A DNA stretch of 64,000 nucleotides from the human T2T-CHM13v2.0 reference genome, Homo sapiens, in assembly GCF_009914755.1 (NCBI RefSeq), contig NC_060932.1; one strand, written 5' to 3'. The notes beneath the pieces were generated by a model, which was given only the letters and a program-made list of their open reading frames with translations, did no database searches and had not been told where the DNA came from. This document shows positions 14,076 through 27,919 of the stretch, in pieces; within the stretch, counting starts at the first letter, position 1; every line of letters begins with the position of its first letter. A program made the translations under genes and the position numbers.

Positions 14076-14105
14076 AGACACACACACACACACACACACA
14101 CACAC
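14076..14105. repeat. (CA)n microsatellite
   Basis: Direct observation. Confidence 0.95.
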
Positions 14106-15062
14106 CTGCCTATAATGCTAGCTCTTATTTTATTAACATCACTAGGCTTCATGATTTTCTCATATTTAAAGTTAGAATAATAATTCATACATTGTCAATT
14201 CATCATTTTTGTAGGGTTTGGGGGAAGAATATATAGGGACTCAATCATAATCTCTGCATCCACTTACTGAGTGCCAAGTACTTGTTAGGCCATACCTGGG
14301 TATTTCATATGTCACTGTTGTTTTTAGAGATCGAGGTAACTGGTGAAGGCTTCACAGAGGTGACTGGAGCTGAATTGTAAAGGATTATGAAAATTCATTA
14401 TTTTATTCTCTCTAAATATTTAACCCATTATTTTTTGAATGCAAACTGTGTGACAGACACTGCTCAAGGAAAGAGATGAATAATGGTAAGTACCCATTCT
14501 TTATTTATCATATATTTTGGAAGAAGCCCCAGCCAATATAAAAATAAACAAATAAAGACTGTTTTGATAGTAAACATTTCTATAACTTAAATGAAGCAAT
14601 GCCAGGGAATAAAAACTGATGGGAGAGGGACAGAATGAGATTTAGAAAACTATTAAAGATGAGATTTATAGACTCTGAAGATTCTTACGAGTATTTATTG
14701 AAGGAGGATTGTTCTTAGTATATTCGTACAAAGTTAAATAAATATGTTTCCTTTGATTTATATTGTTTTATAACCACTTTCTCTTGCATGAACCATAATG
14801 CGTATGGTCTCCTATCCTGACAAATAGTCTCTTTTTCTGTCCAGATTTTCTGATAGGTGAAATATTCAAAATGTAGTGAACCTACATAGGGTTGTTATCT
14901 ACACTGAGTCACACAAGGAAGGCATTTGACAATTTTTATGTTAGGGTTATATAGCCAGAGCCATAGACACCTGGAATGCTTTTTGGGAAAGAAGTTTCAC
15001 GTGGGCTGTTTAGTTCAGGGTTTTGGGTGGGTGTGGTTGTAATGCATCCATCTTCCCTTCAG

Positions 15063-15239
15063 TCTGTCTTTCTTTGATCACATGAACTTGAACACAAGAA
15101 AGTCCTCTGAATCTTGGGAGGGGAAATTAAACAGTTGGAAAATGAGCATATTAGCTTTGAGGCTGTGACTATCCCATTTTGCTCCTCAAGCAATTTCAGG
15201 TGGGATGCATGTGAAGATAGTGAAGACAAAACTGTCAAA
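15063..15239 (+). pseudogene. Candidate decayed exon (SVFL*SHELEHKKVL*ILGGEIKQLENEHISFEAVTIPFCSSSNFRWDACEDSEDKTVK)
   Basis: TCTTCCCTTCAG| acceptor, 177 nt, phase 0-to-0, TGA at 15075 and 15108, coiled-coil-like translation, degenerate donor GTATAAGT. Confidence 0.5.
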
Positions 15240-15589
15240 GTATAAGTGATGCTCAGGAAATCAAGGTACATTCAAACTAGAACAGCTGCAGAACATCTGG
15301 TACCAGTTTGCATTTCCTTTCAATTCTTTAATACTGGGATTTACAGGAAGAGGAACACATTTTGAAGTCCTTCCTGTACTGGGGATATAGAGATAGGAAG
15401 AGCAGCTGCTTTTGTGGAAGAATAAATGAGAATTCATTTTTTTCTGAGAACATCTATACACCAAATATTACTTTAACATGCATTATTTCAAATACAACTG
15501 CCTGTGCTATCTAAATTTGGACAACAGTCTTCAGTGTACAAATATAATTCATACTTGTTCATCAGTGTAATCCTAACAAATCTGTTTTA

Positions 15590-15840
15590 TAGGTACAGAG
15601 TGATGAAACATATGGGCTCTGGATTAGAATTCGTGAATTCAAATCCTAACTTTACTACTTTCTTGATATGTGACTTTGGATGAATTTGTTTCACCCTATG
15701 CCATATCATTCTTATTTATAAAATAGGAATAAAGATAATATTGACTACCTATGAGGATTAAGTAGTTTAATAAAAGTAAAGCAGTGTAATTAGGATAGTT
15801 GTTGGCACACAAGTATGCAATAAATGCTAGCTCATTTTAT
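15590..15840 (+). mobile_element. MIR SINE
   Basis: GGCTCTGGATTAG...TTCAAATCCTAAC...TGTGACTTTGGATGAAT...ATAAAATAGGAATAA. Confidence 0.75.
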
Positions 15841-16906
15841 TATTCTAATATTATGTCTATGGAAAGAGTCTTTAGAAAATTGTCTTGCCCAAGAACATAC
15901 AGATAACAATTGGCAATGTTTGACCTTAAGCTTTGTTTTCCTGACTCTGATTCATACTGTTAATTTTTGAATACACTTTGCATTTAATGCCTTGTAATTA
16001 ACACCGAGGAGAGAAATACAGACATATCTCCTGCTCCGAAGACACTTTACTAGTATCTTCTTTTTTGTCATAACAGGCTATGGAGAAAGGGTATTGGTTT
16101 ATATCTTACTTAACACTTATTAGATTTTATTCAAGAAGATTGGAAAGTTTTCACTGAATATCTTCAAAGATACTTAAATATTTTCACCAAAATTTCAAAA
16201 AGATTAAATTGAATGATGAATAAAATGGCTTTAGTTGACGAAAGCTTTAATTTGGGGGACTAGCAAACATCAGAGTATTCTCATTATTTTTTGCAAACTG
16301 AAGACCTCTTGACTGGACCAAAGGAAGATACACAACAAACAGAAAGGCTAGTATGGAGGGGAGGAATAGGTCTAAGAGCATGGTATAAAGAAGGTAGACA
16401 TAAGCATTTTCCCTTCATATGAATCTACTTCACTCTCTCTCCAACACTCTTCAATGATCCCCATTGCCCAAAGCTTATAATCTAAGATGCTTAAAATAGA
16501 CCAAAAGGCTTTCCAAGAACTGAGCTTCCTCACCTCATCTCCCGTCTGTCTCCCACTCCTTTCACTCTATGCTTGAGAAACACTGGACTGCTCAGCCTCA
16601 CACTAGATGATTCTGCACATGACTCATCTTTCCCATTTGTCCTACTGCCTGGAATGCTTTTGACATCAATTATTTGCAAGACTGAAATCTACTCATTAAT
16701 TAAGTCTCAACTCAGACTCCTACCTTCCAGGAAGCCTTTGCTGATGGAGTTAAAAGCCCATTCTCACACACATAGCATCTTTATTATCACTCTTATTTCA
16801 TCATCCTAACATTCTCTATGTGTTTTTCCCCTCCACTTCCTCATCTGCATTTCTTAATCTTTCACGGGAACTTGTCTTTTTTTTTTTTTTTCCTGCTGAT
16901 GATCAG

Positions 16907-17077
16907 GGGCCACATCTCTCTAGTAATACATCAGATCACAGCGGGGCAGCAGGCAGAGATCCCCCACAAACCCTCACACATGTGGAGCCTAAAAGTAACA
17001 ATTCTGCCTCTCCTCATCTGCCCCCATCCCTTACCCAAACAGAAACATTTACCTTGGATGATGAGATTTATCAAAAG
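16907..17077 (+). pseudogene. Candidate open exon (GPHLSSNTSDHSGAAGRDPPQTLTHVEPKSNNSASPHLPPSLTQTETFTLDDEIYQK)
   Basis: Long T tract then CCTGCTGATGATCAG|; 171 nt, phase 0-to-0, no stops; AAG|GTAGAA donor. Confidence 0.55.
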
Positions 17078-17494
17078 GTAGAATATGCCCTTTTTAATTA
17101 TTGAAAATTATGTTTTCTCTTTTTTATGACTAGCAAGTGTTTCTCTAGCAGGAAATTTTCAAAATCCCTGAAGCATAAGGGTATCATATACTATAGTATG
17201 CAAATATCCTATGACCTGATTTTAGCTGTTTGTCAACTTATAAATCTTCTAGGGACTCACCATTAAGTTTATTGTTCAGACAATCCTCTTGTATTAGAAG
17301 CACACTGACTGCCAGTTAATCTCTTTATACATGGAATAAAGGTCAATTTTGAGACTTACAAACATCATAGATTCATTGAGTCTTAAATTTCTAAAGGGGT
17401 AGATTTACAAAAGCTTAGAATTTTACTCCTTTAAGCCAAATAGAAATCTTCTGTGAGCAAGAATGATTTTTTCCCCTTGTTTCTTATCTGTTTG

Positions 17495-17590
17495 TGTTCT
17501 CTTTCTTCTCCTTCTTCCTACTCCTCTTCCTCCTACTCATTTTGCTTCTTCTCCTCTCCCTCCTCCTCTTCTTCGTCCTCCTTCTCTTCA
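17495..17590. repeat. CT-rich (TCC/TTC) low-complexity tract
   Basis: Direct observation. Confidence 0.85.
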
Positions 17591-17656
17591 TGCCACATAT
17601 TGCCTAAATGGCACTCAGATGTTTTGACAATTTTGACAATAAAGAATTGTACTACT

Positions 17657-17953
17657 GACCCGGTGCAGTGGGTCACGCCTGTAATCCCAGGACTTTGGGA
17701 GGCCAAGGTGGGCGGATCACCAGGTCAGGAGATCAAGACCATCCTGGCCAACATGGTGAAATCCTGTCTCTACTAAAAATACAAAAATTAGCTGGGTGTG
17801 GTGGCACGCGGCTGTAGTCCCAGCTACTAGGGAAGCTGAGGCAGGAGCATCACTTGAACCAGGAAGTCAGAGGTTGTAGTGAGCTGAGATCATGCCACTG
17901 CACTACAGTCTGGTGACAGAGTGAGACTCCATCTCAAGAAAAAAAACAAAAAG
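17657..17953 (+). mobile_element. AluSc-like
   Basis: GAGATCAAGACCATCCTGGCCAAC and CTGGTGACAGAG; TSD AAAGAAT(T/C)GTACTACT. Confidence 0.93.
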
Positions 17954-18338
17954 AATCGTACTACTTATTTTCCCTCAGAACAGCTTTAATACACATGTAC
18001 TCAAATGCAATTCCCATTTCTATAGATTTATTTCACAGGAAAAAAATTTATCTAACTTCTATTTATCATTAAAAACTTAACTCAGGTATCAGTTATGCAA
18101 GAACATATATATATATAATATACCAGGTAGATCTAAATATATATATTTATATATTTATTTAATAATATATATTTAATATATATATCTGGCAAATAAAATA
18201 ACAATAGCACATATAATGATAAATAATATGATACTAAATATATGTATTGCTTATTATAAACCAGCTAGATCTAAATATATATATGTATTATATACATAAT
18301 TGGTGAGATATGTATCTGTCTCTCTCAGAGTTTCTAGA

Positions 18339-18655
18339 GCACTGCTGTCCAACTGAAATATAAAGTGAACCACAAATTTAGGTCATATGAAATTTTAAAT
18401 TTTTTAGTAGTCATATTAAAATCCAAAATGAAATGGGTACATTAAGTAATATCTTTTACATAATATATTCAAAATATTCTTTCAAAATAGAATCAATGTA
18501 AACAATAATTACATTTTTAAGTTCCTTTTTGGTACTAAGTTTTAGAAGCCTGGTGTGTATATTATACTTTCGGCACATTTTTATTTGGACTATCCACATT
18601 TCAGTTGTGTTGTTGGCACATGTGCTTAACGGCTACTCTATTGCACACACTGATC
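18339..18655 (+). mobile_element. MER33-like hAT-Charlie DNA transposon relic
   Basis: CACTGCTGTCCAACTGAAATATAA...GGCTACTCTATTGCACACAC, flanked by TCTAGA on both sides. Confidence 0.75.
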
Positions 18656-19639
18656 TAGAAGACAGGGACTATTCCTCTCCATTTCTTTGCCAGTGCAAAG
18701 AAACAGGCCCTGTGGTGTATGGCATCCTTAAATATATAGCTTTTATAGTGGGTTGAATAAACAAAAACACAATTCAAATATAGAACAATCATAAATTTTA
18801 AGGATATCAATATATTTAAGGAAATTATACTGTTTTGTGATTGATGTATTGGTTTATGATTTCCATAAGCTTGGAAATAAGGAGAATGTTCTGGCACAGA
18901 TATCGTATTTTCCAGTAGAGGGTAGAGATTTAACTTAGTGGGAACTTAATGGCACAAGAGAGATTATTCAGTTCGTGGAAACTATTCATACCAACACTTT
19001 AGAAGTGGAGGACCAATAAGGTTTCTCGTAAGCATAGGATTTTATTGCACTGATAGTCCAAACAACATAGCCAGTGAATGCATAGGGGTGGAATAGGGTT
19101 GGGGCTATATTTTCTACCCTCTCACATCTAGGCTGTCTTGATAAATATCAAATTATTTAAAAGATGGACAAGTCTAGTAGGGTTCACAAACCCCATCAGG
19201 ATAGCAATTTGCCACAGGAAGTTGATAGGTCTGCTATCATTTTCTTCTCATCAACTAAATATCATTTTATTTGTTGTTTTATTGACTAAATTTCATATAC
19301 TCTTTGACCTAAGCCTTTGAGTCAGTGTCTCTCTGTTAACAAAGGGTTGCTCAGTTTCTATCGTTTCCCCCTACTCCCTGTCTCTTTCATTGTTCTTTGG
19401 CATTCCTCATAAAAGTACTCAGAGAAAAATTCATGTGATTCAGACATAATTAAGAGTTGGAAGGAATTCTCTTAAAGTTCTGAGACTTCCTGAACAAGCT
19501 TGCCAGAATTTATGTGTTCACAAGATTATTGGTTTCCATTGTAATCTTCTCAGAAAACATTGTACTTATCCTCACAATATTGCCCTGATAAGAATATTCT
19601 TGTGGCTTCTAATAACATTGATTTCAGGGTCATATTATA

Positions 19640-19960
19640 AACATCCGCAAATATGACTCATTTTGTTAGCACACTTTATTTTCTTTCCGAAATACTACAT
19701 TACTTAGTTCAATAACCCTCATTTATTCACAAGGTGTGGATTAACTTTCGCCTGTTTGCAAAATAATATTCACTTAAAAAGAAAATGATTTGTGAAAGGT
19801 TTGAAGGCAGTTCCCAAAAGATGTTGAGCAATTAATAGTATTATTAGAGTGAGGATAACAGTATCTCAAGGGAACTATTCTCTAATAGTATTTCTTGCGT
19901 AAGTGAAGAGTTCTGGTGTCCCAATACAAGTTAGACTCATTTCTAACTGACTTCAAGTTA
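19640..19960 (+). mobile_element. Mariner-type (MARNA-like) relic
   Basis: GAAGGCAGTTCCCAAAAGATGTTGAGCAAT...TCTCAAGGGAACTATT resembles a mariner transposase C-terminus (..SQGDYF). Confidence 0.45.
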
Positions 19961-20785
19961 AGAGAATATGGAGATACTCTTATTATTTGCATTTGATACC
20001 ATCTTCTGACAAGGCCTATAAAATTACGGCACAGAGTATGAGACAGGACATAATTTTACATATATTGTTAGCGGACAATTAGACATCCTGTATCTAGTTT
20101 ACAAGGTTTTACATGGCAAGCCTGAATTCACCTCAATTTGTTTGCAAATATTTTTCTGCCTAACTGTGAAGTTGGTCTATATCTAACTTTACCCACTCTA
20201 CTTTCTGCCTAAGCTAGAGCTTATTTTCTGTATATTTCTTTTTCAGTTCAGTTCAACATCTGTTGATTGAGCACTCACTCTGCCAGCTGGGGCCCCAGAC
20301 ATGAAGACAATACTGTCCTTTATCAGAGAGAACTTAAAGTTGGTTAGAGAACCTGATGCTTAAACAGTTTTAATTTCTTAGAGTCAGTACTATAGTAGAG
20401 GGATGCAGTAGTAGCTTATGCGGAGGCAAGATCATTTGTTCACCAAATACTTACTGTATATGCACTCTGGGGCAAGTACTAATGATATAAGGTATCTGGA
20501 TGGAGTTTAGCTCCTAGGTGGAACATATAACAGATCTTAGTCACCAAGAAGAAAAGAACTCGTTTGTTTCTCCAGAGACTTCTCTCAGTTCAGATTGCTC
20601 TGCATTTTAGGAAGAGTTTTGTATCTCTTTGAAACTTGTTTCTTCTGGTTCTAAAATCTTCTGAACCTTCCGAATTGCCATATAATTACGTTTTCATTCA
20701 CTGAATTCGAATCTCTTTCTCTCTTCTTTTATTCCCCTCCTTTTCTGAATATCTGTGGTTCTGTTTTCCTCATTTACATTCCCAG

Positions 20786-20821
20786 ATCTTATGTTGATCT
20801 AGTGCATGAAGCTTCTTACAA
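20786..20821 (+). pseudogene. Candidate 36-nt exon (SYVDLVHEASY)
   Basis: TTTTCCTCATTTACATTCCCAG| and |GTAAGT; only the phase-2 frame is open. Confidence 0.5.
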
Positions 20822-21104
20822 GTAAGTCTCTTGCCCAATGACTTAACCATTGTAGATTACGTTTGTAATACACAAATAACATTCTATGGATAGATTTTTA
20901 AATATTTCAAAATATTAAATATTAAAATATTTTTTCTGGTTATTGGAGTATGAGTATATCCCTTATAATTCAGAGATACAAATTGTTTAGTCTATAAATA
21001 GTTTTGCTTTCAACATACGCAAAAATTTACAAGCCAAAACCAAAAATGGCCCAAAGAAATTCCAAGCATTACTTGTGTTCCTTGTAAGATATTAAAACAC
21101 ATGT

Positions 21105-21385
21105 GGCTGGTTGCTCTTTAATCTCAGCACTTTGGGAAGGCGAGGTAGGTGGATCCCTTGAGCCTAGGAGTTTCAGACCAGCCTGGGCAATGTGGCAAAA
21201 CCCCCTCTCTACTAAAAATATGAAATTAGCTGAACGTGGTAGTGTGCACCTGTAGTCACAGCTACTCAGGAGGCTGAGGAAGGAGGATCGCTTGAGCCAG
21301 AGAGGTCAAGGCTGCAGTAAACTAAGGTCATGCCACTGTACTCCAGTCTAGGCAACAGAGTCTCAAAAAAATAAAAACTAAAATT
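21105..21385 (+). mobile_element. Alu (AluJ-like, diverged)
   Basis: GGATCGCTTGAGCCAGAGAGGTCAAGGCTGCAG pattern. Confidence 0.9.
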
Positions 21386-22672
21386 AAATATATGCAATTT
21401 GTAACCTTAGCAACACTTTCATATCTCATTTTCTCTTCATGTTTAATACACAATACTCAAGAGATTCTCTCATGTATGATCCTCCTTGTAACATCTACAC
21501 AATGTTTCTATTTCCAGTCAAAGCAGCTTTTATTCTACCTCCTACTGTTTCTTTTCATCTCTCTGTCTCCGTCTCTCCCTCTCCCCCACCTTCTCTCTTA
21601 CATATTATATAGATTGACTTAACCTTTTGTTTGCCACTTTACCCTCTTTGCCGAGCTTTCTCTGCTTTTGTTCTGACTCTGCGTCATATAAGATTAAGAA
21701 CTAGTCTAACCAAGATTAAATCTTCTAGGTTGAAAAGAGGGGGTTGGGGGCTGTCAATAAGTAGGACTCTCTTTGAAGGGCTGGAGGAGTAAAAAAAAAT
21801 TGCAAACTCTCCCATTTTATATTTTTTTCTTTATATATTCATATTTATAGCTCTCATATACAGTGGAATGAAATGCTTTCTTAATCCAAGGTAAACTAAA
21901 CCTAGATTCTTTAAGCAAACCATTTATTTAATTTTGGTTTTGCATTAATAAACTCAGTGTAACTAGGGATTATACTTTATTTACAGCTCCCATTGCCATA
22001 AATTGATGTCCAAAAGCTTTGGATCATGTTTTCATTAAAATCAAAATCTGATGTTCTAGGAATGGGAGTTGTTAGATGTGGCTTTGCCCCCAACAACATT
22101 TTCCAAATAATCTGTTGCAAATGCTGAAACAGGGTACCAGTGAGGAGTGTTCTGTAAGAATCTGGACAATACAAATCTGTGTCTTGGATAACAAACTAAT
22201 ACAATGACATCTACTGTTGGCTCCTCCAGTCTTTAAGCTTCTTGGTTTTCAGAGAAGGCCATGGATGTTTTTCAAATTGGAAAAAGCCAGAAGGAAGAAA
22301 AACAACCCTTGTTGACTTGAACTTTAGGTTGTTTTCTAGGAAGTGTGCTTTGTTAGTTCACATTTTGCTTCATTTTCTCTGAATTTCCCAAACAACTATA
22401 CTATAGTTTAAACCACACATTTTAGCTTAGCAATAACTTTGCACTTGTTTATTTTATTTGTATCATCCTTGTGTTCCTTAATGACTTATAAAATACAGAG
22501 AAAGAAATTTATCTTGCACTTTTCTAGTATAGTTCCTATTTATATAGTAGCTCCTCAAAAAATACACAATGATAAAAAATCCTGAGGAAAGTGAACAAGG
22601 TTGAGTTGAGGGCTTTCTATATGTCAGTTATTGTGCTGGATGTTTTGACAGTTTTTAAAATTTACACCTCAT

Positions 22673-23094
<422 letters not shown>

Positions 23095-23246
23095 TCACAC
23101 CACTAGTAAGTAATGCATCTTAGATTTCTACATCTTGTACAGCTGATTTTTATTTCATACTTAAAAAACGTATTTATGTAAAATCCAGGTATCAAAAAGT
23201 GCTGGACTCAGTCAAGTACAGTCATGAAATTGGATTTTTTTTCAAG

Positions 23247-23349
23247 CACTGCTCTCAAACCTGATGTATCAAATTCCCCTTCTCAGTCTCTGACTGGATC
23301 TCATGAAGTCCTAACTGTTCCAGCCACAGATGGACAGTCTCATTTTCAG
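23247..23349 (+). pseudogene. Candidate exon (TALKPDVSNSPSQSLTGSHEVLTVPATDGQSHFQ)
   Basis: TTTTTTTTCAAG| acceptor; phase 2-to-0 fits both neighbours; weak CAG|GTTCAG donor. Confidence 0.4.
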
Positions 23350-24288
23350 GTTCAGATAAAAGTTTCCAATTCAAAACTTCTCCTTGTTTCAGAGCAGAAT
23401 GATCCCTTGGTTTCCATGATAGAGCAATGGGAGAAGGGAGAATGGTCTGTTCTTCATCCCTCCCTACCTCCTTCCATTTCCTTTCCTCCTTCAATCCCAG
23501 TGATGCTTCTTGATTCTCCAGGTTTAAGAAAGTGAAGAAGGAGGAGAGGAATAAATTAGTTTTGTTCTCTCTTGACTATTCAGTGCCTTCTGTGTGGCAG
23601 ATGCTCAAAACTTAGGTGTCAAATGAAAACGTGAATATGCAAGTTTATTAAATTGTTTTATGCCAAAGAAAGACTTGGTTAATATGGCTTTTTATTTAGA
23701 AAAGTCTGGAGGAAAAAACTGTGAGGACACAACTGAGAAATAAATTAGAGTAGTAAGAGGGGAAAAGCAATCAAGAAGATTTCAGTGGATAAGACATTCA
23801 AAGAATTAGAACTGGTAAAAGCGAAAGAAAAAATGATTTATGAAACAAATGCAAGCTTATTGATATGAATAAAATGGAGAAGACATGTGAAGTTGATTCT
23901 GTGTTGACAAAGGAGATAAAGGAGATACAGACTGGAAGACCATCTGCCTTTCATTTCCCAAGCACACATTCATTGAAATTTTCATTCACAACATATGAAG
24001 ATTTGTAATTACTCAGACTCTATTCAGAGGTTTGATGTCAAGAAATAATAGGCAAACTCACAACAGGGATTATGTGTTGAAGGATAAGAAAGGAATATAA
24101 AGAAAGATAATGAATATATGCTTTCATTTAACAAGAAATATAGTTACGTTTTACAAACCTATGGGAATTTTTATTTCCAAAAGGAGTTTCCTTATATCCC
24201 ATCCTTTTGAAGTTTAGCTAACATCTCTGACAGCATCCGCATGTTAATTGCTTATTTTTTTTGTGGCTTATTCTGTGGTCTACTAGAC

Positions 24289-24289
<1 letters not shown>

Positions 24290-24342
<53 letters not shown>
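24290..24342. repeat. (CA)n microsatellite
   Basis: More than 20 CA units. Confidence 0.97.
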
Positions 24343-24344
<2 letters not shown>

Positions 24345-24479
24345 TCACATTCCATTGTCTACTTCTCTATATATGCTTCTCTATATATGCTAGGTATGGG
24401 CTATCTTCTGCAGTATACCAATCTTATAAAACATATAAAACCATATATTTGAAAACAGCTATACATTCTCAACCCCAGG

Positions 24480-24930
24480 CCTGTAATAGGGTTCAGTGAA
24501 TTCTAAGGCAGCAGGAGAAATGTTGGCCCTGATAAGGGAGACAAGGGACGATACTCCAAAAGAGCTTCAGGACTCAGCCAGCATGCGTTGGCAGAAGCTG
24601 GGAGAGGATTCGTGGAAGTAGATTCTGAAGGCCTTCGATCAAGGAAGCTGGAACATAATGTTTAATAAGGGAGAGTTTATCAATTTGGGAGAATTCTTCT
24701 GATACACAGAATTTAACAGCCTTGGGAAAACACCAGGTTATAATGCAAACATGCTTTTAAAATGACTCTTGGAAGAACAGCAAAAACTATGACAGGAATT
24801 GCTATGGCAGATGATAAATAAGATGTTAAAAGTCTCAAATATGTGGGCATACTTGGGTGGATATTCTATGTAAGGCCAGATAACTCACCAGAGAACTGTG
24901 TCCAATGGGATGTGTTGAGGTCATGCCCTA
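24480..24930 (+). mobile_element. ERVL/MaLR internal (gag-like) relic
   Basis: Translates to KELQDSASMRWQKLGEDSWK*ILKAFDQGSWNIMFNKGEFINLG, resembling ERVL gag WEWILRV.D.GG.NI.LD..EFI. Confidence 0.7.
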
Positions 24931-25343
24931 GTCGAGGGCAATGCCATTTCCAAAACCTATTTCCAGTTGGTGCAAGTGTGGAGCTGGAAAGTTGTTTAAA
25001 GGCTTCAACAGACAAGGGATTTTTTTTTTTTTACTCTAAGCTCCTTTTTGAGTGGTAATACAATTTCCATGGAAGTTTAGTAGCCTCTGTTCTGTTTGTT
25101 TCCAAATTCATATACTAGTATTCACATGAATGTTCATTTTTATATGTGGTTCTCAAATCTACTCTTTTCTTCTTTCTTTATATGACTCTCTCTTTCAAAT
25201 TTAATTATGGCTACTCTGAAATTCCTGCAGATAATATGCTATAGTAAAAAAGCCTCACCTTTGGATTTATGTTTGCCCTAGGTTTGAATATTAATGACCC
25301 TTTTCGGTTGTAACTTTCAGTAGGCCTATATCTTGTCATTTGG

Positions 25344-25630
25344 TGTGATAGGGAGAATGCTTGCTCCCCATTGCCATTCCCAAGATATCCATGTCCCAGA
25401 CCTGCAAAAATGTTACCTGACATAGCAAAAGGGACTTTATAGATGTGATTAAACTAAGCATTGGAGATGGAGACAGTGTCCTGGATTATTCAGGTGGGCC
25501 CAATGTAATCACAAGATCCCTTATAAGAGGGAGTCAGGGACACCAGAGTCAGAGAAGAAATGTGTCATTGAAGTAGAAGGCAGTGTGATGTGGAGCCAAG
25601 GAAGGCAGGTGACCTCTAGAAGCTAGAAAA
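25344..25630 (+). mobile_element. MLT1D-like LTR fragment
   Basis: GCAAAAGGGACTTTATAGATGTGATTAA...CCTGGATTATTCAGGTGGGCCCAATGTAATCACAAG. Confidence 0.8.
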
Positions 25631-26808
25631 CCTGGGGTCTTCCTCCCAACGATTCAGGGCATTATCCTTTGCTTCTACCACTCCTGTTTTTAAACACTTC
25701 AGCTTAGAAGTGGCATGTCACAATTCTGCTTACATCCAGTAGGTAAATACTAGTTGCATGCTACTTAGAAATGCAGGAACAAACTGAGAATGACAGAAGT
25801 GTAGAAAGAAGAACAGTAAAAGGCTTTGTTGAACACATAGAAGTTTCTGTCATAGCCAGATGAGGCCTTCTTGTAGAAGGGTTTTCATCCTGCAGTTGAT
25901 ACTGTAGGAACTAACCAAGTGAAGAGACAGTGAACTGCTTGAAATAAATGAAACACTTAATAAATATAAATTAAATGAATAAGTGAGTGAAAGGAAAGGC
26001 CTTGGACAGAAATGAGCATGGCAGTTTAAGAAGCAGAAGATCATTGAGGATGGAATGAAATGAACAAAATAATGAATATTTGATAAGGAGGATAAAATAA
26101 AGGCAGGGGCTTGCCAGATTTTATAGATTTTATAGATGATGCTAATGATTCTGATATTTGTTTTAGGTGTAATGAGATTCACTGAAGAATTCTCAGAGTG
26201 GAATGAGCAACAGATTTTCATTAGCGAAAGCTCCTCTAGCTGCTGCATGAAATGATGTCTAGACAGAGGTACAAGTGGCTATAAGAACACGGATGTGTAA
26301 TTGTCACAGTAGTTTTGTGGGGGAAGTGGTAGTTATACCTTGGCTGAAAGAAATTAAGATGAAAAGGAGTGGATACATTTGATGTATATTTTGGAATTCG
26401 GGTCTTTCCTCCACTGGAGTCACTTATGCCTTCCAGTTTGAAATCACATAGACACACACACACACACACACCACATATGTGCCAAAGAGTTCTCTTTCTT
26501 TTCATTATAATCATTGATAAAAAATTGCTCAATATTTTTCTTCCAAAGGAGAAACTGATAGGGGGGACAGAACTGTGGAAAGTGTAAATTAAATTTAGAT
26601 TAAGAAGGTTATATTGACAGCAGGTAGATTGTCCTGAGTGCCAATTTGAATGGACTGAATTGCAATGTGTTGAGAAGAATTCAAGGCCAAATTTAAGTCA
26701 GAAAGAGTGCCATAACTGACCCTTACTGTCCCCCATGGTGACACATGTGCCATGTATTTGCATTCACATTTTGGAGGTGAAACAGAAAGTCTTATTTTTC
26801 CTCTGCAG

Positions 26809-26925
26809 CCATTTTTAGATCTTCCATTGGATTGGGAACGTGAAAATGGCACAGAAAGAGAAAGAACATGCCAAGAAGTGGGGGCACTCAGGCACTTGCA
26901 TCAGCTGCCTTGCAACAGTGAATGA
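26809..26925 (+). pseudogene. Candidate exon (PFLDLPLDWERENGTERERTCQE, or read through to VGALRHLHQLPCNSE*)
   Basis: CTTATTTTTCCTCTGCAG| acceptor, phase 0; weak donor GAA|GTGGGG at 26877/26878, or TGA at 26923 with ATTAAA at 26983. Confidence 0.5.
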
Positions 26926-27919
26926 TAAAGAAAATACTATCATAAAAGGGATACAATACATGGTCCGTGACTGCAAAACCATATTAAAGTTCCTGTTCAT
27001 TGACGTCATGGTTCACATATGGTGCATATGTATAATTGGAAATCTCAGAATTGCATTTTCATGAAAGAAGATGAAGATACCAAATGCCTTACTAAGAGTA
27101 TTTATTTGTTTGTCAGTTATTTGCATGGAAATGTGGTAAAGAGAGAGCAATGCCTGGGACTGGGTGTTAGCATTAGTAAGTCAGAGAAAAACCTTCTTTG
27201 TAAGAAGTTATATACGAAGTTGTCAACTTTAATTTAGCATAAATTAATAACTGAAGACTGAAACAAAACACAGATGGCATAGAGTCAATCTGGAGTCTTC
27301 TAGAATCCTTTATTAAAAGAAAAAACCCATGAGAGAAAAGTAAAGATTGGAGGTCTCAAATCACAGTAATTGTATTACTCAAATCACAAATTCCTCCTTA
27401 ACTCGACACTTAACTCGATGGAATTTTCATGATGTCAAAGCATGTAGATAGTTGGATAATTAGAAACGAGAATAAAGAACAGCTTAATGAATAACAGAAT
27501 CTTTGACTTGTCATCCAGATGTTTTGATCCAATAATGTACACATATTTTATTGTGGATGATAGTAATTTGGCTTCAATATGTTACATAAAATATTTTTAA
27601 AAGATTAATATTATATACAAATATTTCAGTGTATTAATATCTAGCACTCATCTTTGTAATCATCAACAATTCTGACATTTTCTACTGTAAGCATTTTGCC
27701 ATGCTCAATGTTTCCTTGCCTTGAAGAGGCAGATGAAACAGACCCCTAATCTTACTCAATGTCCATAGGTTGTGCTTGTGAGTATCGGGAAGAGGAACAG
27801 TCTCTTGTAATGTGTTTCTTACCGAAAATATCAATGACTCCAGCCAAATTTTTTGTTCTTATTGAGCCTCAGTTGTTTTTTTCTCCTAAATAAATAAAGG
27901 CATTAGAAGTAATAACTAT

